This document shows positions 42,000 through 55,019 of a DNA stretch of 64,000 bases, one piece after another (position 1 is the first letter of the stretch; every line of letters begins with the position of its first letter). The position numbers were made by a program, and so were the translations under genes. The notes beneath the pieces are model-generated. The model searched no databases and was not told the DNA's origin. It was given only the letters and a program-made list of their open reading frames with translations. This stretch comes from Octopus vulgaris (lineage: Eukaryota). The stretch is from contig OX597821.1 of NCBI GenBank assembly GCA_951406725.2, positions 47,058,001 to 47,122,000 of the forward strand, given 5' to 3'.

Positions 42000-42420
42000 T
42001 AGACTTGCGAAATCAGTTGTTCGGCACCACACCACATGTGAGCTATTCTCGAATTCTAGCATGAGTATGTGCAGTACGCTTTTCATCTCTCTGCGCGTAT
42101 CTCAGACAGTCTCGACAGACAGTACTTCCGTGCCTGTAGAGTTTATCTCGAACAGGTAATATTCTCGGCTGCAATAGCAAGCTCAGTATTTCTGGAAGTT
42201 ATCCATAGTAGCTCTCAAACAGACTAGTATGTCCGTCCTCATCGGTGCCTTGATTTTATTCGAGGACATCACCGTTCTTGCCATTAGTTCTGTGAATTTT
42301 ACTGAAGTGGAACATTCACCGACTCGTAAAGGACGGTAAAAGAGGATGTTTAACAGAAGCATTTGATAGAACACTGAGGAGGACATTAACAGGATAATGC
42401 CGGAAATATTTGACAAGAAC
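42000..42420 (-). pseudogene. Decayed tyrosine recombinase fragment (DIRS/Ngaro/Crypton-type)
   Basis: MLLLNILFYRPLRVGEC (F.G.LR.GE box); ILVCLRATM (CP..A); downstream DCLRYAQRDEKRTAHTHARI resembling HSxRIG. Confidence 0.5.
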
Positions 42421-43558
42421 AAAAGGGCTTTCTATAATAAAGAAAAAAAAAACAAACAAACGGGCGGTAAGCAGAGGTTACCAAAGATGTTTAACTTAAA
42501 AGAATACCATTTGTTTGTTCCTTAGATACGTAAGCTCAAAGATTAAAAGGAAAGAGGAATTGAAATGAAAAAAAATATATATTAATGAAAATTTCAAAAA
42601 TAAATGTGTGCGTAACAATGTTTGTTAGGTATCACCTCGTGTATTTAATGTGTTGCATTACCTCATATGTCTATTGACTATTACCTCATATAGTTAACGT
42701 ATTACAAACTCTGACAATAATCGACAATCTGATATTACACATAAGAAAGAGAAACTGTTGGAACACGATTCATACATTTACGTACATTTACAAAATCGAT
42801 TGTGTCTCCAAAATATGATCAACGATATAATTTTAAAAACACCGTACCATTCATCTCAACGTTAGTAATAGAGAAAGTTAGTGCATAACAACAGAAAAAA
42901 AGTGCGTTCTAACTTCACATAACTGGAATTAAATAAACCTTGATGCGATGGAAAAAATGACGATCTACATAAAAGGATTAACTAAACTGCTAAGTCTTGC
43001 AAACTTAAACATTCAAGACAAAAATAGAGATGAAAGAGATCTTTTTAATACATGTATATTTTTCTTTTTGGCTTCTATCTCTCTACTGCCCTTTTTCAAG
43101 TCCTATAGAACATTTTCCCATTAGCTTTACTTCTGCTCAGCCGAAGGGCCTTTGTATTTATGCGTATATTTATAAATATATACCAACTGCGTCGTTAAAT
43201 CGTCGTTTATGTTTTCGTCACAGCCAGTTCACTTATCCCTGCGCTTTTTTCCTATTGATACCATCAAAATGAACAATCTCATCAATCAAGGCACAAAATT
43301 GTAATGATATTTGGCCGGTAACCGACGTGTGATGACATGGCCACGTCTCACATGTAATTCACGTGCGTTCCTTCTGTGCAAATTTTTGCTCTCATACGTG
43401 TGTGTGTGTGTGTGTGTATGTAGCTGTTTATTGAGTAAACGAGGTCGAAAGTGTTGCATACTCGTATATGTATAAGTATATATCTTTTTATATTTGTATA
43501 TATATGTATATGTATGTATATGTATGTATATGTATGTATATATATATATATGTATATA

Positions 43559-43613
<55 letters not shown>

Positions 43614-43667
43614 GTATATATATACATACATATATATATCACATATACTCCCATATATACATACACA

Positions 43668-43714
<47 letters not shown>

Positions 43715-44887
43715 GTATATATATATACATGCATGCATGCACATTGCCACATATTCATACATAGGCAAAGCATATAAATCCACCACGTTCAAATTAAGGC
43801 GGTGCTCCAGCATGGCCGCAGTCCTCCTACTGAAACCACTAAAAGAATAAAAGAACATGGGAATATATGTCATAACTTTATTTCCAATTTCACTGAATCT
43901 TGAATCATTCTCAATAAACGGTTATTAATTTTATCATTAAAATCCAGAATATTTGCGTGATCCAAACATTTGTTTTGCAAAATATCCTATTCTAACAACT
44001 TTATTAACCAACGAATAGTTATCGAAAATATTGGCCCGATATACTCGTAGAATCGAACTCATGACCTTCTTTTCAGTTCTGCAACAGAACCACATATGCC
44101 CAAATTATGTATACAATAAACATAAATGAATAAATTAATCATTTATAGCAAGAGAGTAAAGAAATGAATGTGGGAGAGAGTGTGTATGTGTGTGTGTCTA
44201 TGTGTTTGTGTATGTGGCTCCCAGATGAAATTCAAGAGCGGATTCCTTTTCAAAATAAATGCATATATGAAGTGAAAAAAAATCGACAAACGGAGTGGGC
44301 GTGAGTGACAGTCGGAGACGCTATATGCTGGTGATCTGTAGTAAAATGTTTTTTCTGAAGTCGCTGACATTTTAATAACAATAAAACTGCAAATTTCTTC
44401 TCGTAAATTTTATTTATTTTATCAGTTTCAGACAGGCACACATAAAGAAACATATGAAATTAAATAATAGATTCTTTTGCTTTTAAAGTATTATCGTTCA
44501 CATGATATCATATTACGCAGAACGTTGTTCCTGTGAAATTTCCATGATATATATATATATATCGAGAAGTGTATTCACCACCTAAATGTGGCTAACCCCT
44601 AGGGGCTGATAATACTGTAGCTTGTAGCCCCAGGAAGACTTCTCCTCCAGCTGGCTATTGAAACACTATCTGTATTTGCAAAAGGAAGTCATCGTTCCCA
44701 TCTCCAGCCTGAATTGATACACATGGACCCGAGTTTCTGAGTATTGACCCAGCGTGTGACAACCACCCATTTCTTTATTATGATGATAAATATATATTAC
44801 AAAGAAGGACAATACAGAACGTTACAAACATATAAATGTGCTAAGTGAGCTTATGATTAAAAATTCGATGAATCATACACACACACA

Positions 44888-44962
<75 letters not shown>

Positions 44963-44964
44963 AA

Positions 44965-45420
44965 GCCAGCGACTACTCCTTGCTTTTACCATGGGTGGAA
45001 TTAAGTAGGGACAATAATTCCCAACTTCCTCACGACATCCTTCCATCTTTTCTCATATATACTTCGCGACAGGTGTCTCCTCTCCAACCCTATCTTGCTC
45101 TTCAGATGGTACCTGAATTAGTATAGCAAACCAGGACCGGAGATGAAGGATCCTGTCACGATTCCTTGCATTCTTCTTGTTCTCCATGCACACTCTTTCA
45201 TTACTGCGACCGTACACGAAAAACATCCCTCACCTTCTTTTGGTAGTCCGGTTGGCGGTACAATCTTTATTACTGACTCAGCTAATAGCTGTACTCTTCC
45301 CAGGTGCGACAACCTTGTTCTACGTAAATTGTCAAGCCCGAAAGCTCCAGGAACTGTACAAGAGCGTGCAGAATGGGTTCATCGTCCTGCCCGTACAGTG
45401 GACATGCCGGTTGCACTGAT
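44965..45420 (-). mobile_element. 3' end of an L1/Tx1-like LINE ORF2
   Basis: ACPLYGQDDEPILHALVQ (decayed CCHC); AVMKECAWRTR; FRYHLKSKIGLER..YEKRW; runs into (TG)n. Confidence 0.75.
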
Positions 45421-45427
45421 ATTCCGT

Positions 45428-46886
45428 CTTAATGAAACTAGTGCACATGGTAGATTACGGTATATTTCACAATATACATTAGTTTTAATATCTGGCTGAC
45501 TCTCCTTTAGCATCAATTACCGCTTTTATACGGTTAGTCATTGAATCAACTAGTTTCTTCCAGATGCTAGGCGCAATTTTACTCCATTTTTCTCTCAACT
45601 TTTGGTACAAATGCTCTTTATTTTTAATTGTTGTGTTCCTGATAGCTTCGCCAAGAGTTCCTCATAGGTGTTCGATCGGATTTAGATCTGGACTTTGAGC
45701 TGGCCAGTCCATGGCAACTATACCCTGTGTCTCAAACCATTGACGAGTATTCTTTGCTGTATGACATGGAGTGTTGTCCTGTTGAAAGTCAACACTGTTT
45801 TTCGACATTCCTGGATGCAATTTAGCAATTGATGGTTCTAAAACATCTGATAACATAGAAACATAGGCAGTTGAATTCATCCTTCCCTGACATAAAAACA
45901 TTTCTACAGGTCCTGTGGCAGACATGCAGGCCCATGCCATGATAGAACCACGTTTAACGGTTGGTACCAGACATTCAGCCTTAAATGTTTCTCTAACTCT
46001 GCGACGCACAAAAGTTGCACCAGATGTACCGAAAATCTAAGTAAGAACATGAAATATAATATTAGCTTTATGTTGGATATTTTTAAAATATATTTTGGGC
46101 AAAAGACCAGTTACATTAAGTTTATATGTTGATTGAATACATGTACTATCTTAACTCATAGTTACTTTCATCAGACCATATGACTTTCGACCATTGCTCA
46201 CTGGTCCAATTTGGGTGGTTTTGGCCCACTGAAGACGTTTTTCCATATTCGCTTCAGAAACCCAAGGCTTCTTCTTGGCTTTACAGCCTTTCAGACCGTA
46301 CTCCACAAGCTTTCTTCTAACAGTTCTGGTTGATATTTGTAAATTACTTGCCTCGTTGAAGTCCGCACAGATCTTCGACGATGCTTTTCTCCTGTTTCTG
46401 AGCGACTGACGGATGATGAATCTGTCATCACGAGGTGATGTAACCCTTTTTTATACCGGTTCTTTGTATTGTCTTCACATTTTTTGTCTCTCTAAAGTGT
46501 CTGAGAGTCGTTTGTACCGTATATCGAGAACATTTAATCTGAGAAATTTGCCTTTTGAGACATTCCATCTTCATGATGAGCTACGATCTGACCTCACTTA
46601 CACTCACTTAACTCCTTTGTTTTAGGCATTTTACTTTTTATTAACTGTATCTACAACGCATTTTAGCATAAACATAAATCAATTTTGGACGTTGGTCTTA
46701 CTCATAATTGGTTGCACAGCAGAGTATAAAAACAGTAACTGCTGCTATAGGAGGGGCAACCAGATATTAAAACTAATGTATATTGTGAAATACACCATAA
46801 TCTACCACGTGCATGAGTTTCATTAACATTGAGATAGCAGAATCCCAAAGCATTGGGGTGGACTAATACTTTTGGCCAACACGGGT
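45428..46886 (-). mobile_element. Tc1-family (DD34E) transposon with long TIRs; outer part of the left TIR lost
   Basis: ~45430-45531 is the reverse complement of ~46724-46824; right terminus GGACTAATACTTTTGGCCAACAC. Confidence 0.9.
45485..46629 (-). pseudogene. Tc1 transposase pseudogene with a 118-bp intron (46037-46154)
   Basis: MPKTKELS..; WSKVIWSDESNYE|IFGTSGATFVRRR; FQQDNTPCH; WPAQSPDLNPIEHL (34 aa between D and E); RIKAVIDAKGESARY*. Confidence 0.9.
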
Positions 46887-47070
46887 GACAACCGGTGTTA
46901 GTGTGTTTACGTCCCCATATCTTAGCGTTTCAGCTAAAGAGACCGATAAAATAAGTACTAGGCTTAAGAAATAAGTCTTGATGTCTGTTTGTTTGGCTAA
47001 AAGCCTTCAAGGCGGCTCTCCAGTATAGCCGCAGTCAAATGATTCAAACAAGTAAAAGAATAAAAGAATA
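46885..47070 (+). mobile_element. SINE family A, 3' half
   Basis: GACAACCGGTGTTAGTGTGTTTACGTCCCC...CAAGTAAAAGAATAAAAG. Confidence 0.8.
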
Positions 47071-47279
47071 TATATATACTAGTGTGTGTGCGAGCGTGCG
47101 CGCGCGCGTTTGTGCGTGTAGAAACAGATGTAGATATAACTATATATACATGCATACATATGTATATACATACATACATACATACACACATACATACATA
47201 CATACATGCATACATACATGCATACATGCATACATACATACATTATGTAGGCGATATTTTCAACCGGGAGTTTACAACA

Positions 47280-47678
47280 GGCGCAGGAGTGGCTGTGTGG
47301 TAAGTAGCTTGCTAACCAACCACATGGTTCCGGGTTCAGTCCCACTCTGTGGCATCTTGGGCAAGTGTCTTCTGCTATGGCCCCGGGCCGACCAATGCCT
47401 TGTGAGTGGATTTGGTAGACGGAAACTGAAAGAAGCCTGTCGTATATATGTATGTGTGTGTGTGTTTGTGTGTCTGTGTTTGTTCCCCTAGCATTGCTTG
47501 ACAACCGATGCTGGTGTGTTTATGTCCCCGTCACTTAGCGGTTCGGCAAAAAGAGACCGATAGAATAAGTACTGGGCTTACAAAGAATAAGTCCCGGGGT
47601 CGATTTGCTCGACTAAAGGCGGTGCTCCAGCATGGCCGCAGTCAAATGACTGAAACAGGTAAAAGAGTAAAAGAGTAA
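47280..47678 (+). mobile_element. SINE family A, full length
   Basis: Near-consensus copy. Confidence 0.92.
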
Positions 47679-48645
47679 CCATATCAGATTCTTCAAGTGC
47701 TTCGATCCTTTGTATGTACACATATTTACTAAATTGCTGGTATTTAGCCATGGTTTCTCATATTGTTTAGATATCCCGTTTTCTATCATTAATAAAACTT
47801 TCGGCATTTTTGACAACACAGGCGTGCTAGTTAATATATAATATAATAAGGTTACTTTATTAATACAATTTTCTGCGTTATAATTTGTTAATGACACATA
47901 CAAATTGATAGTTACTTGCCCTCAATGCTGCACGTATTCGATATGTAAATGAGTGCCAATGTATGCAAGTCGGGGCTCACATAAAGCCTAGTAAGGCTTT
48001 TGTCTAATAATAGCACAGATATAATAACGTAATAGTCTCATCTGGTGATTCAATAAATGAACAGAATTACGTTGGAGTCAGAAAGTCTACTAGAGAATAA
48101 ATCGTTACCATTTGCACTGTATATTGTATGGAATACATACATACATACATACATACATACATACATACATACATACATACATACATACATACATACATGT
48201 GTAGTATTTGTAAGTGATCGCTTACATGTATATGCATGTGTGTATACAGTATGTACATATACTTATATTCGCACATATGCTTATGTGTGTATACATGTGT
48301 GATTGTGGAGAGAAAGGGCAAGAGAGAGAGAGAGAGAGAAAGGGAGAGAGAAACTGAGAAAGAGAGCTGACAAGAGATGGAGAAAGAATATATTTAATGT
48401 GTATATTTATGTGTACTTATACACACAGTCTCAAGCGTGTACACATACAAGCATATGATTTTCTCCCAATCTTTTATACGTTACAATATATATAGCCAAT
48501 ACATTGATAATTATTTTTATTAACTGTGTAACAGACGAAAAGAAAATCATCTGTGAATGACATACCAAATATGTTTAATTTCACGCTGATGTTCACAGGC
48601 ATTCTCATACACGTGTGCACGTACACGTACACATACATACGGGCG

Positions 48646-48676
<31 letters not shown>

Positions 48677-48799
48677 AAAGGAGCTTCGTTTTGTCTGTGT
48701 TGACCTAGCATATTCATATGCAGTTTCCCTTGCAGTGATCCATATCAATCATGGATTTATTTTAGTGTCTGACAGAACTTCTAGCACTGTATCTTAGAT

Positions 48800-50050
48800 C
48801 CGCAGTTATTTGGTTTACCGCCAAAGCAGCCCCGACGAACCGTTGGGTATTGGAGATAAACGTTATAATCCCCTCTTCATCCTGATGTTCATAAAACTGA
48901 TGCTGAGAGGTGCAATAAGCTATTCGCATCATCAGACAACTGGTGCTGCGCCATTGGATAACATCATCCCTATAGTGGAAACAAGGAGACAAGCACAGTC
49001 GCTTCTAGCTTGGTGATTTCAGTAATGTAAACCCAAATTTGTTGCAGTTTGTTTATAATATCTGATGAAATCCAATTATTCATGCAGATTAATCATTAAC
49101 ATTGACATGGTAGCATGAATAATTATTTACAGCATGAATAACTAATTACTGTTGGGGGTTGATTGGAGCTTTTACAGATGTAAACATTTTCTGCGTTGCT
49201 CTTTCTGTAAGAGTATACTTGGTCGTCTTCAAGCCTAGAATAACGTCCTAGAAGTTGACTTATGTGAAGTTGATAGTAACTGTTACAAATAGACCGAATT
49301 CTTTTGAGGCTGTTATCTGATCCCTCCTGAACTTGTCATTGGCGCGGCTGTTCGTATGGCCTGGGATTGCCAGACCAACATCCTTATAGAGGGTCGGGTT
49401 ATAGGTGTATGCATACGTTCTTTGAGTTTCCAAGATAAAGAACCTGACAAAGTCAGCGATTTCGGTTCCGTCGTCTCTCCCCATAGACACGTCGAACACA
49501 GGGCCGCCTTCCCTCTTCACCCAGTTGGAATCATTGTGATCTGAGATTGATCTTCTAGAGTTCATGATTATTCTAATGTCGAGGTCGCTGATGCTGGTGA
49601 ATTGCCAACCAAATTCTAAGCCCTCCAAGAGAAGATATTTTGATATTGAAGAGTAGAAATCCACGAATCCATCTCGGTGAAATTGTAGGCTGCTTCATCT
49701 CGAGTGCACAGAACCAGTCAATTACTGCGGTGCTGCAATCCCATCGTCAAGCAATAGTGCTTCTAATATTAATGTTGATGACATCGAAAATATACTTACT
49801 TACAATGTCTATTTTGCTCTTAAAGGGATAACAAGCCTGCTGTTAGGATTAGAAAGGCAAGTTGAGATTTTGCTCTTCGCCTGTGATATTGGGGATATCG
49901 CGTAGCGAGGTAATCCATATGATCCTCTATTTTCAAAAGGATGGCCAGGTCTCTGGCTTCGTTGTTTATATCATTGTATATAGAGATGTTGGTTTTCTTC
50001 AATGCTTTGGTGATTGTGCTTTTCTTATGTGCCTGAAAGTGTTTGCTTCA
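48800..50050 (-). mobile_element. Decayed Penelope-like element, RT core (FDVxMG type)
   Basis: DFYSSISKYLL; WVKREGGPVFDVSMGRDDGTEIADFV; LYKDVGL (YRDDGL); INNEARDLAILLKIED; NYSC further downstream. Confidence 0.8.
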
Positions 50051-50144
50051 GATATGTTCTTTGTATTGTAGGTGAGACAAAAGATTAGGGGATCATTTAA
50101 TTTGTGGCATGTAATTATTTAAAATGATTTGGAAGAGGTAGGTT

Positions 50145-50367
50145 AGACGAGCTGGCAGAAACGTAAGCGCGCCGGGCGAAATGCTTAGCGATATTTCGTC
50201 TGTCGCTACGTTCTGAGTTCAAATTCCGCCGAGGTCGACTTTACCTTTCATCCTCTCGGGGTCGATAAATAAAGTACCAGTTTCGCACTGGGTCGATGTA
50301 ATCGACTTAATCCCTTTGTCTGTCCTTGTTTGTCCCCTCTGTGTTTAGCCCCTTGTGGGTAGTAAAG

Positions 50368-50370
<3 letters not shown>
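50145..50370 (+). mobile_element. SINE family B, full length, tail type 1
   Basis: Near-identical to 17102-17335. Confidence 0.9.
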
Positions 50371-50412
<42 letters not shown>

Positions 50413-50529
50413 CGTGACCACCGTGATCGACCAGGCTATCAGATGTTGCTACACATCGCTAGTCACAATGCGCTTCGCATTGTTTTAGCCTTCAAATGAC
50501 GCCACCCCGCTGGCTAAGCGAGCAGGCCA

Positions 50530-51786
50530 ATATATATATAACGGGAAGCTTTACGAAAATAAACAAAAGACGAAGGCAGGTGGAATACAAACAAACAATT
50601 GTATTAGTATGGCGCTCAGGAATAGAAATAAAACAAGTATTTTACGTTTCGAGCCTACGCTCTTCAACAGAAAGATACACAGAAAAGAAACACGGAGAGA
50701 AACAAGGAGAGAAAAAAAATGCGTACAGGAGCTAACGATTCAATATGGCGGTCTGATTTCGGCCAGAAGTCAGAGATCAGACGTTAGACGCAAGAGGGAT
50801 AGTAGGGGAGATAAGAGGGTCAAATGACCTCACCCCAACATAAGGGTGTGTGTGTGTATGAGAGAGTATGTATGTGCGTATGAAAGTTCTGGACGTGTGT
50901 ATGTATGATGTGATGTGTAATGTCGTATGGTGTTGTGTAGTGTCGTATGGTGTAGTGTAGTGTTGGGTGGTGTGATGTGGGGAGGTGGGGAGGTGGGGAA
51001 AGCCCATGTGGGGTGTGGGTTCGGCTGGGGGTTGGGGTAGAGTCGGGGTTGTGAGGAGAGTGAAAGGGGAGAGAAGAGAGAGGAGTGGAGGAGGGAAGAG
51101 AGATGAGGGGGAGAGGAGGGGGAGGGGGAAGAAGGAAGGAGAGGAGAGGGAAGGAGGGAGAGGGGGAGAAGGAAGGAGAGTATAAGAGGAAGGGGATGTG
51201 AAAGGAGGGGAGAAGAGGAGGGAGAGGGGAGGGGAGGGAGGGAGCAGAGAGAAAGAGAGAAGGGGAAGAGGGAAGAAGAACGAGGAAAGAAGAGGAGGGA
51301 AAGAGAGTAGGGATGAAAAGATGAAGGACTGAAGAGAAGTAGGAGTCGGTGGGGAGATTAGATGATAGGGGGGAGGTTAGATGAGAAGGGGGGAGAGTTG
51401 AGACCAAATGCGTAAAAGAGCGGAGAGAGAAGATTAATCTCTGTTCACGACGCAAACGGGAATCCGGATGGCCTCTGTGCAAGGACAATCCGAACACAGA
51501 CAGGTGTTGCAAGGAGTGACCGGTGGAGCGGAAATGGCGTGTGACCGGTGTGTCATTGGCAAGGCGGATGTCACGGAGGTGTTCCGCGAACCGGTCAGCC
51601 AAGCGGCGTCCCGTTTGTCCGATGTACAGTGAATGGCAGAGAGAGCAGGAGATGCAATAGATGATATTGCTGGAGGTGCAGGTGAAGGAGTTGATGATGC
51701 GATAGGGTCGATGATGGGTACCAATGAGGAGGGTGGTGTTGGAGAGGTAAGGGCAAGTGCGGCAACGTGGGCGGGAGCAAAGGAAC

Positions 51787-51790
<4 letters not shown>
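50530..51790 (-). mobile_element. 5'-truncated Penelope-like element (Neptune-like): Zn-linker, GIY-YIG endonuclease, pyrimidine-rich 3'UTR and pLTR, inserted in (TA)n
   Basis: Open frame ~51788-51390: [63 protein letters not shown]; hammerhead-like motif at 50637-50678. Confidence 0.92.
50637..50678 (-). ncRNA. Minimal hammerhead-like motif with variant core in a Penelope pLTR
   Basis: TTT-CTGTTGA-A-GAGC-GTAG-GCTC-GAAACGTA-AAA: stem II GAGC/GCTC, palindromic ACGT stem III, GUA triplet; core position A6 is U. Confidence 0.55.
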
Positions 51791-51867
<77 letters not shown>

Positions 51868-53504
51868 ACGTATATATATATATATATGTATATATCCATA
51901 TATATGTATGTATATATGTATGTGTATATATGTATACATATTTAAAGTGTGTGTATGAGTGTGTGTGTGTGTATTTGTATTAGTTTGTGAAAATCAAAAT
52001 CGAACATAGAAATAATTAGCGAAAAAGTACAAGTGAGCATGAAAGCCTTCTCTTCAGCTATGGAGACCAGAATCATTGTAGTTTCGGCGCGTTTGAAGTA
52101 CAAGTACTTTAAATATATGTGTATATATATTACGTGTGTGAGTAAGTCTCTGTGTGTATGTGCGCGCGTGTATAAACTTTGTGTGTATAATTTAAATATA
52201 ACTATTGTCATGTTTATAGTTCATCAAATATGTTGTAATATTTGTAAAAAATTGAGAGATTTTGGACGTACTTACAAAAATATTATATTCTACGCAGTGA
52301 ATCTATATTTATTAAATCCTCCCTTTCGCTAGTGTCAGTGATGATGACATCAATTTGTAATTTATAGTCAATTATACTGATCCGGTACATTTTAATTCAT
52401 TACTATTTATTTTACTGAAAGCGAACAGCTAACAACCAAAGAACACAGGGCAAGATATGAACCCAGAATATAATAGACGTACAGAAATAACACAAGGTAT
52501 AGACTGTCATAGGCAATACTAATTAGGATATCTAGAGATTTATATATTTATATGGTATAACAGTGATAGATTTGAAGGAATATTTGATGATGATGAAATG
52601 TGATGATTATAATGATGATGATGGTGAGGAGGAGGAGGAGGAGGAGGAAGGGAGTGGAGTAATTGGGTGGTACGCAGAGTAAGAAACTGGAAGAGCAGAG
52701 ACGATGTAATAATAAAGAATGTTTTGACATTGTTTTAATTGTGCTCCTCCTTTCCTCCTCCCAATAAAGATAAATGGTAAGCGCTCGATCATGAAGTACA
52801 CTATTATCAGAATTACAGTTGCCTGCTTAATTAACTAAATTAATTAAATCACAATCAATACCTAACAACTGACTAATCAATAAGATGAAAACCAATAGCA
52901 CCGTTGCTTGGTGTCTACCGTATTAGACTATGCAGACATATTGAAGAGAATAAATGAATACAAAAGCATCATACAACATGTTGCTGCAAGTTAATGGCAT
53001 GTGTTGACGTGATATCATTGAAGAGTAGTTTGATGGCCTGCATCATAGCTGGTGAATATTCTGTCATGGTACATGTGTATTTATCTCGATTGCCTCTTAT
53101 ATATATAAATGTGTGTGCTATATACTGTATATGATAGTGTCATGGCTTCGATCATTGCTGATGTGTCATGCCATAGTACGTCAATATGTATCTACGTTTT
53201 CATCATTTATATTCATGTAAAATGTAGTATGTGCTATTGTATTAGTGTTGTGTGATAGTCTCAGTCATTGCCGACGTATTATGTGGTTGTTTATCAGGAT
53301 AAATGTATGAGAGTTAAGTTTGTAATTCTTTGTTAAGCCATTGAACAAAGAACCGTAGCCAAGGTGGTAGAAAGTAACTGTTTTGTCAGAGTATACCTAA
53401 TTAGCATTGATTTACCGATATTTTTATATCCATGTGCACAGATTCTTATGAAATAATCATATATTTTTTGTAAACACTGAATGTTTAAGCAATAAAAATA
53501 AATG

Positions 53505-53581
<77 letters not shown>

Positions 53582-53610
53582 CCTACCTACCTACCTACCT
53601 ACCTACCTAC

Positions 53611-53673
<63 letters not shown>
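53505..53673. repeat. (ATCT)n/(ACCT)n microsatellite
   Basis: Direct reading. Confidence 0.95.
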
Positions 53674-53674
<1 letters not shown>

Positions 53675-54039
53675 TTCTTTCTGTGTGTGTGGTGTGTGAG
53701 TGTGTGTATGTATGTATATATGCTTGTATGTATATAACTGCTTGAGAGAAAATTTTCAGGTAGCTTTACCGAGGTAGCTTTGTGTAAATCTTGAAACCCG
53801 AGTATATTTGATCTTTCTTACGTTGATTATCAGTGAGACAGGCTCGCCATCTATTTCGTTTGCTTAAATCCTTAGTTTTTTGTATCAAAATTTGAAAATA
53901 TCAGTGAATGTTAGGGGTGGCAATATATTTGTAGGAATATCTATATTGTTTGTGGTTTGTCGAGGCCCAGTTGCAATGAATCAACGTAAGAAAGGTGTAT
54001 GTAAATAATTTGTAGTTACATGTTACCCCGACAAGACTA

Positions 54040-55018
54040 AAATTCAAACTGAGACTTAAACCTACAAGTAAACAATAAATAAATGTACGCCCTGAAACTC
54101 TGCTTCCTAAACTACTTTAATCTCAAAGCCCATAAAAATTGACTTTAATGCAAGCCCTGTATTTTCCCCTGTTAAACTACGCAGATATCGGTCACCTTAG
54201 CAAGATCGTTCTAAATAAGATTTTACCTTCTCATAAAAATCATCTACAAATTTACATTAGGAAAACTATTGAAGCAATTAACAACAGGTTTGACTTCATA
54301 ACCTCACAAATAATTTACTAATTATTTCATTCAGTTTGATATATTTGTAATTACTGTGCATCTATTATTCCTAGCTTCGCAAAACTATTTAATTTGACAA
54401 CTCTATTACTACCCACGTTGTCCAGTTTTATATTGATATTACCTTGTTAACTGGGAAAATTACAATTAACTTTAATAATTTACTCTGCATTAGGAAAACT
54501 TCTCAAATTCTACTGGATGTCAACCTGGAAATCAATGTTTCGGCAAGGATTATAGATCTTATCGTATTATACTGATTTAACCAAAAGAATTAACCGAAGG
54601 ACAGACGGATTTCTACCAATAGTAACAGATGATCTGCTAAAGCAACTCATAATACTCCGACTGAATAAAAAAAAAAAGAATTACATAATCTTTAAAAAAT
54701 AATACTTCTATAACTACAAGAACAAACACTTCTGGTTTTTTTTCTTTCCTACATGTTACCGTCAAACTTGCCAATGTTCTATATTAGCCATTTCATAAAT
54801 CTAATGGGCCCTTAAATTATGTATATATGCTATCCAATCAACGTAGATGCATTATTGATAATTCAGTTTACTTAGATTGTCCAACATTTTCATATTCACA
54901 CAATTACATGAGGCTTGTTATATTCAAACAAGAACTATTTATTTCCAAGATAGATAGAAATACAAATAAGAGAAGCCATATAAGAAATATTTGTTGGTAT
55001 AATCTTTCTTTTATGTAG
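54040..55018 (+). mobile_element. Decayed Penelope-like element, RT, thumb and linker
   Basis: DIGHLSKIVLNKI; FIQFD; PFHKSNGPLNYVYMLSNQ (PY.KPN...Y...SNHP); RNICWYNLSF (WFNPPF). Confidence 0.7.
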
Positions 55019-55019
55019 A

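Noticed and set aside
44570-44790. Structured GC-richer segment considered as an HDV-like ribozyme
   Set aside because: Only a simple GGGGCT/AGCCCC hairpin is evident; the nested pseudoknot could not be built
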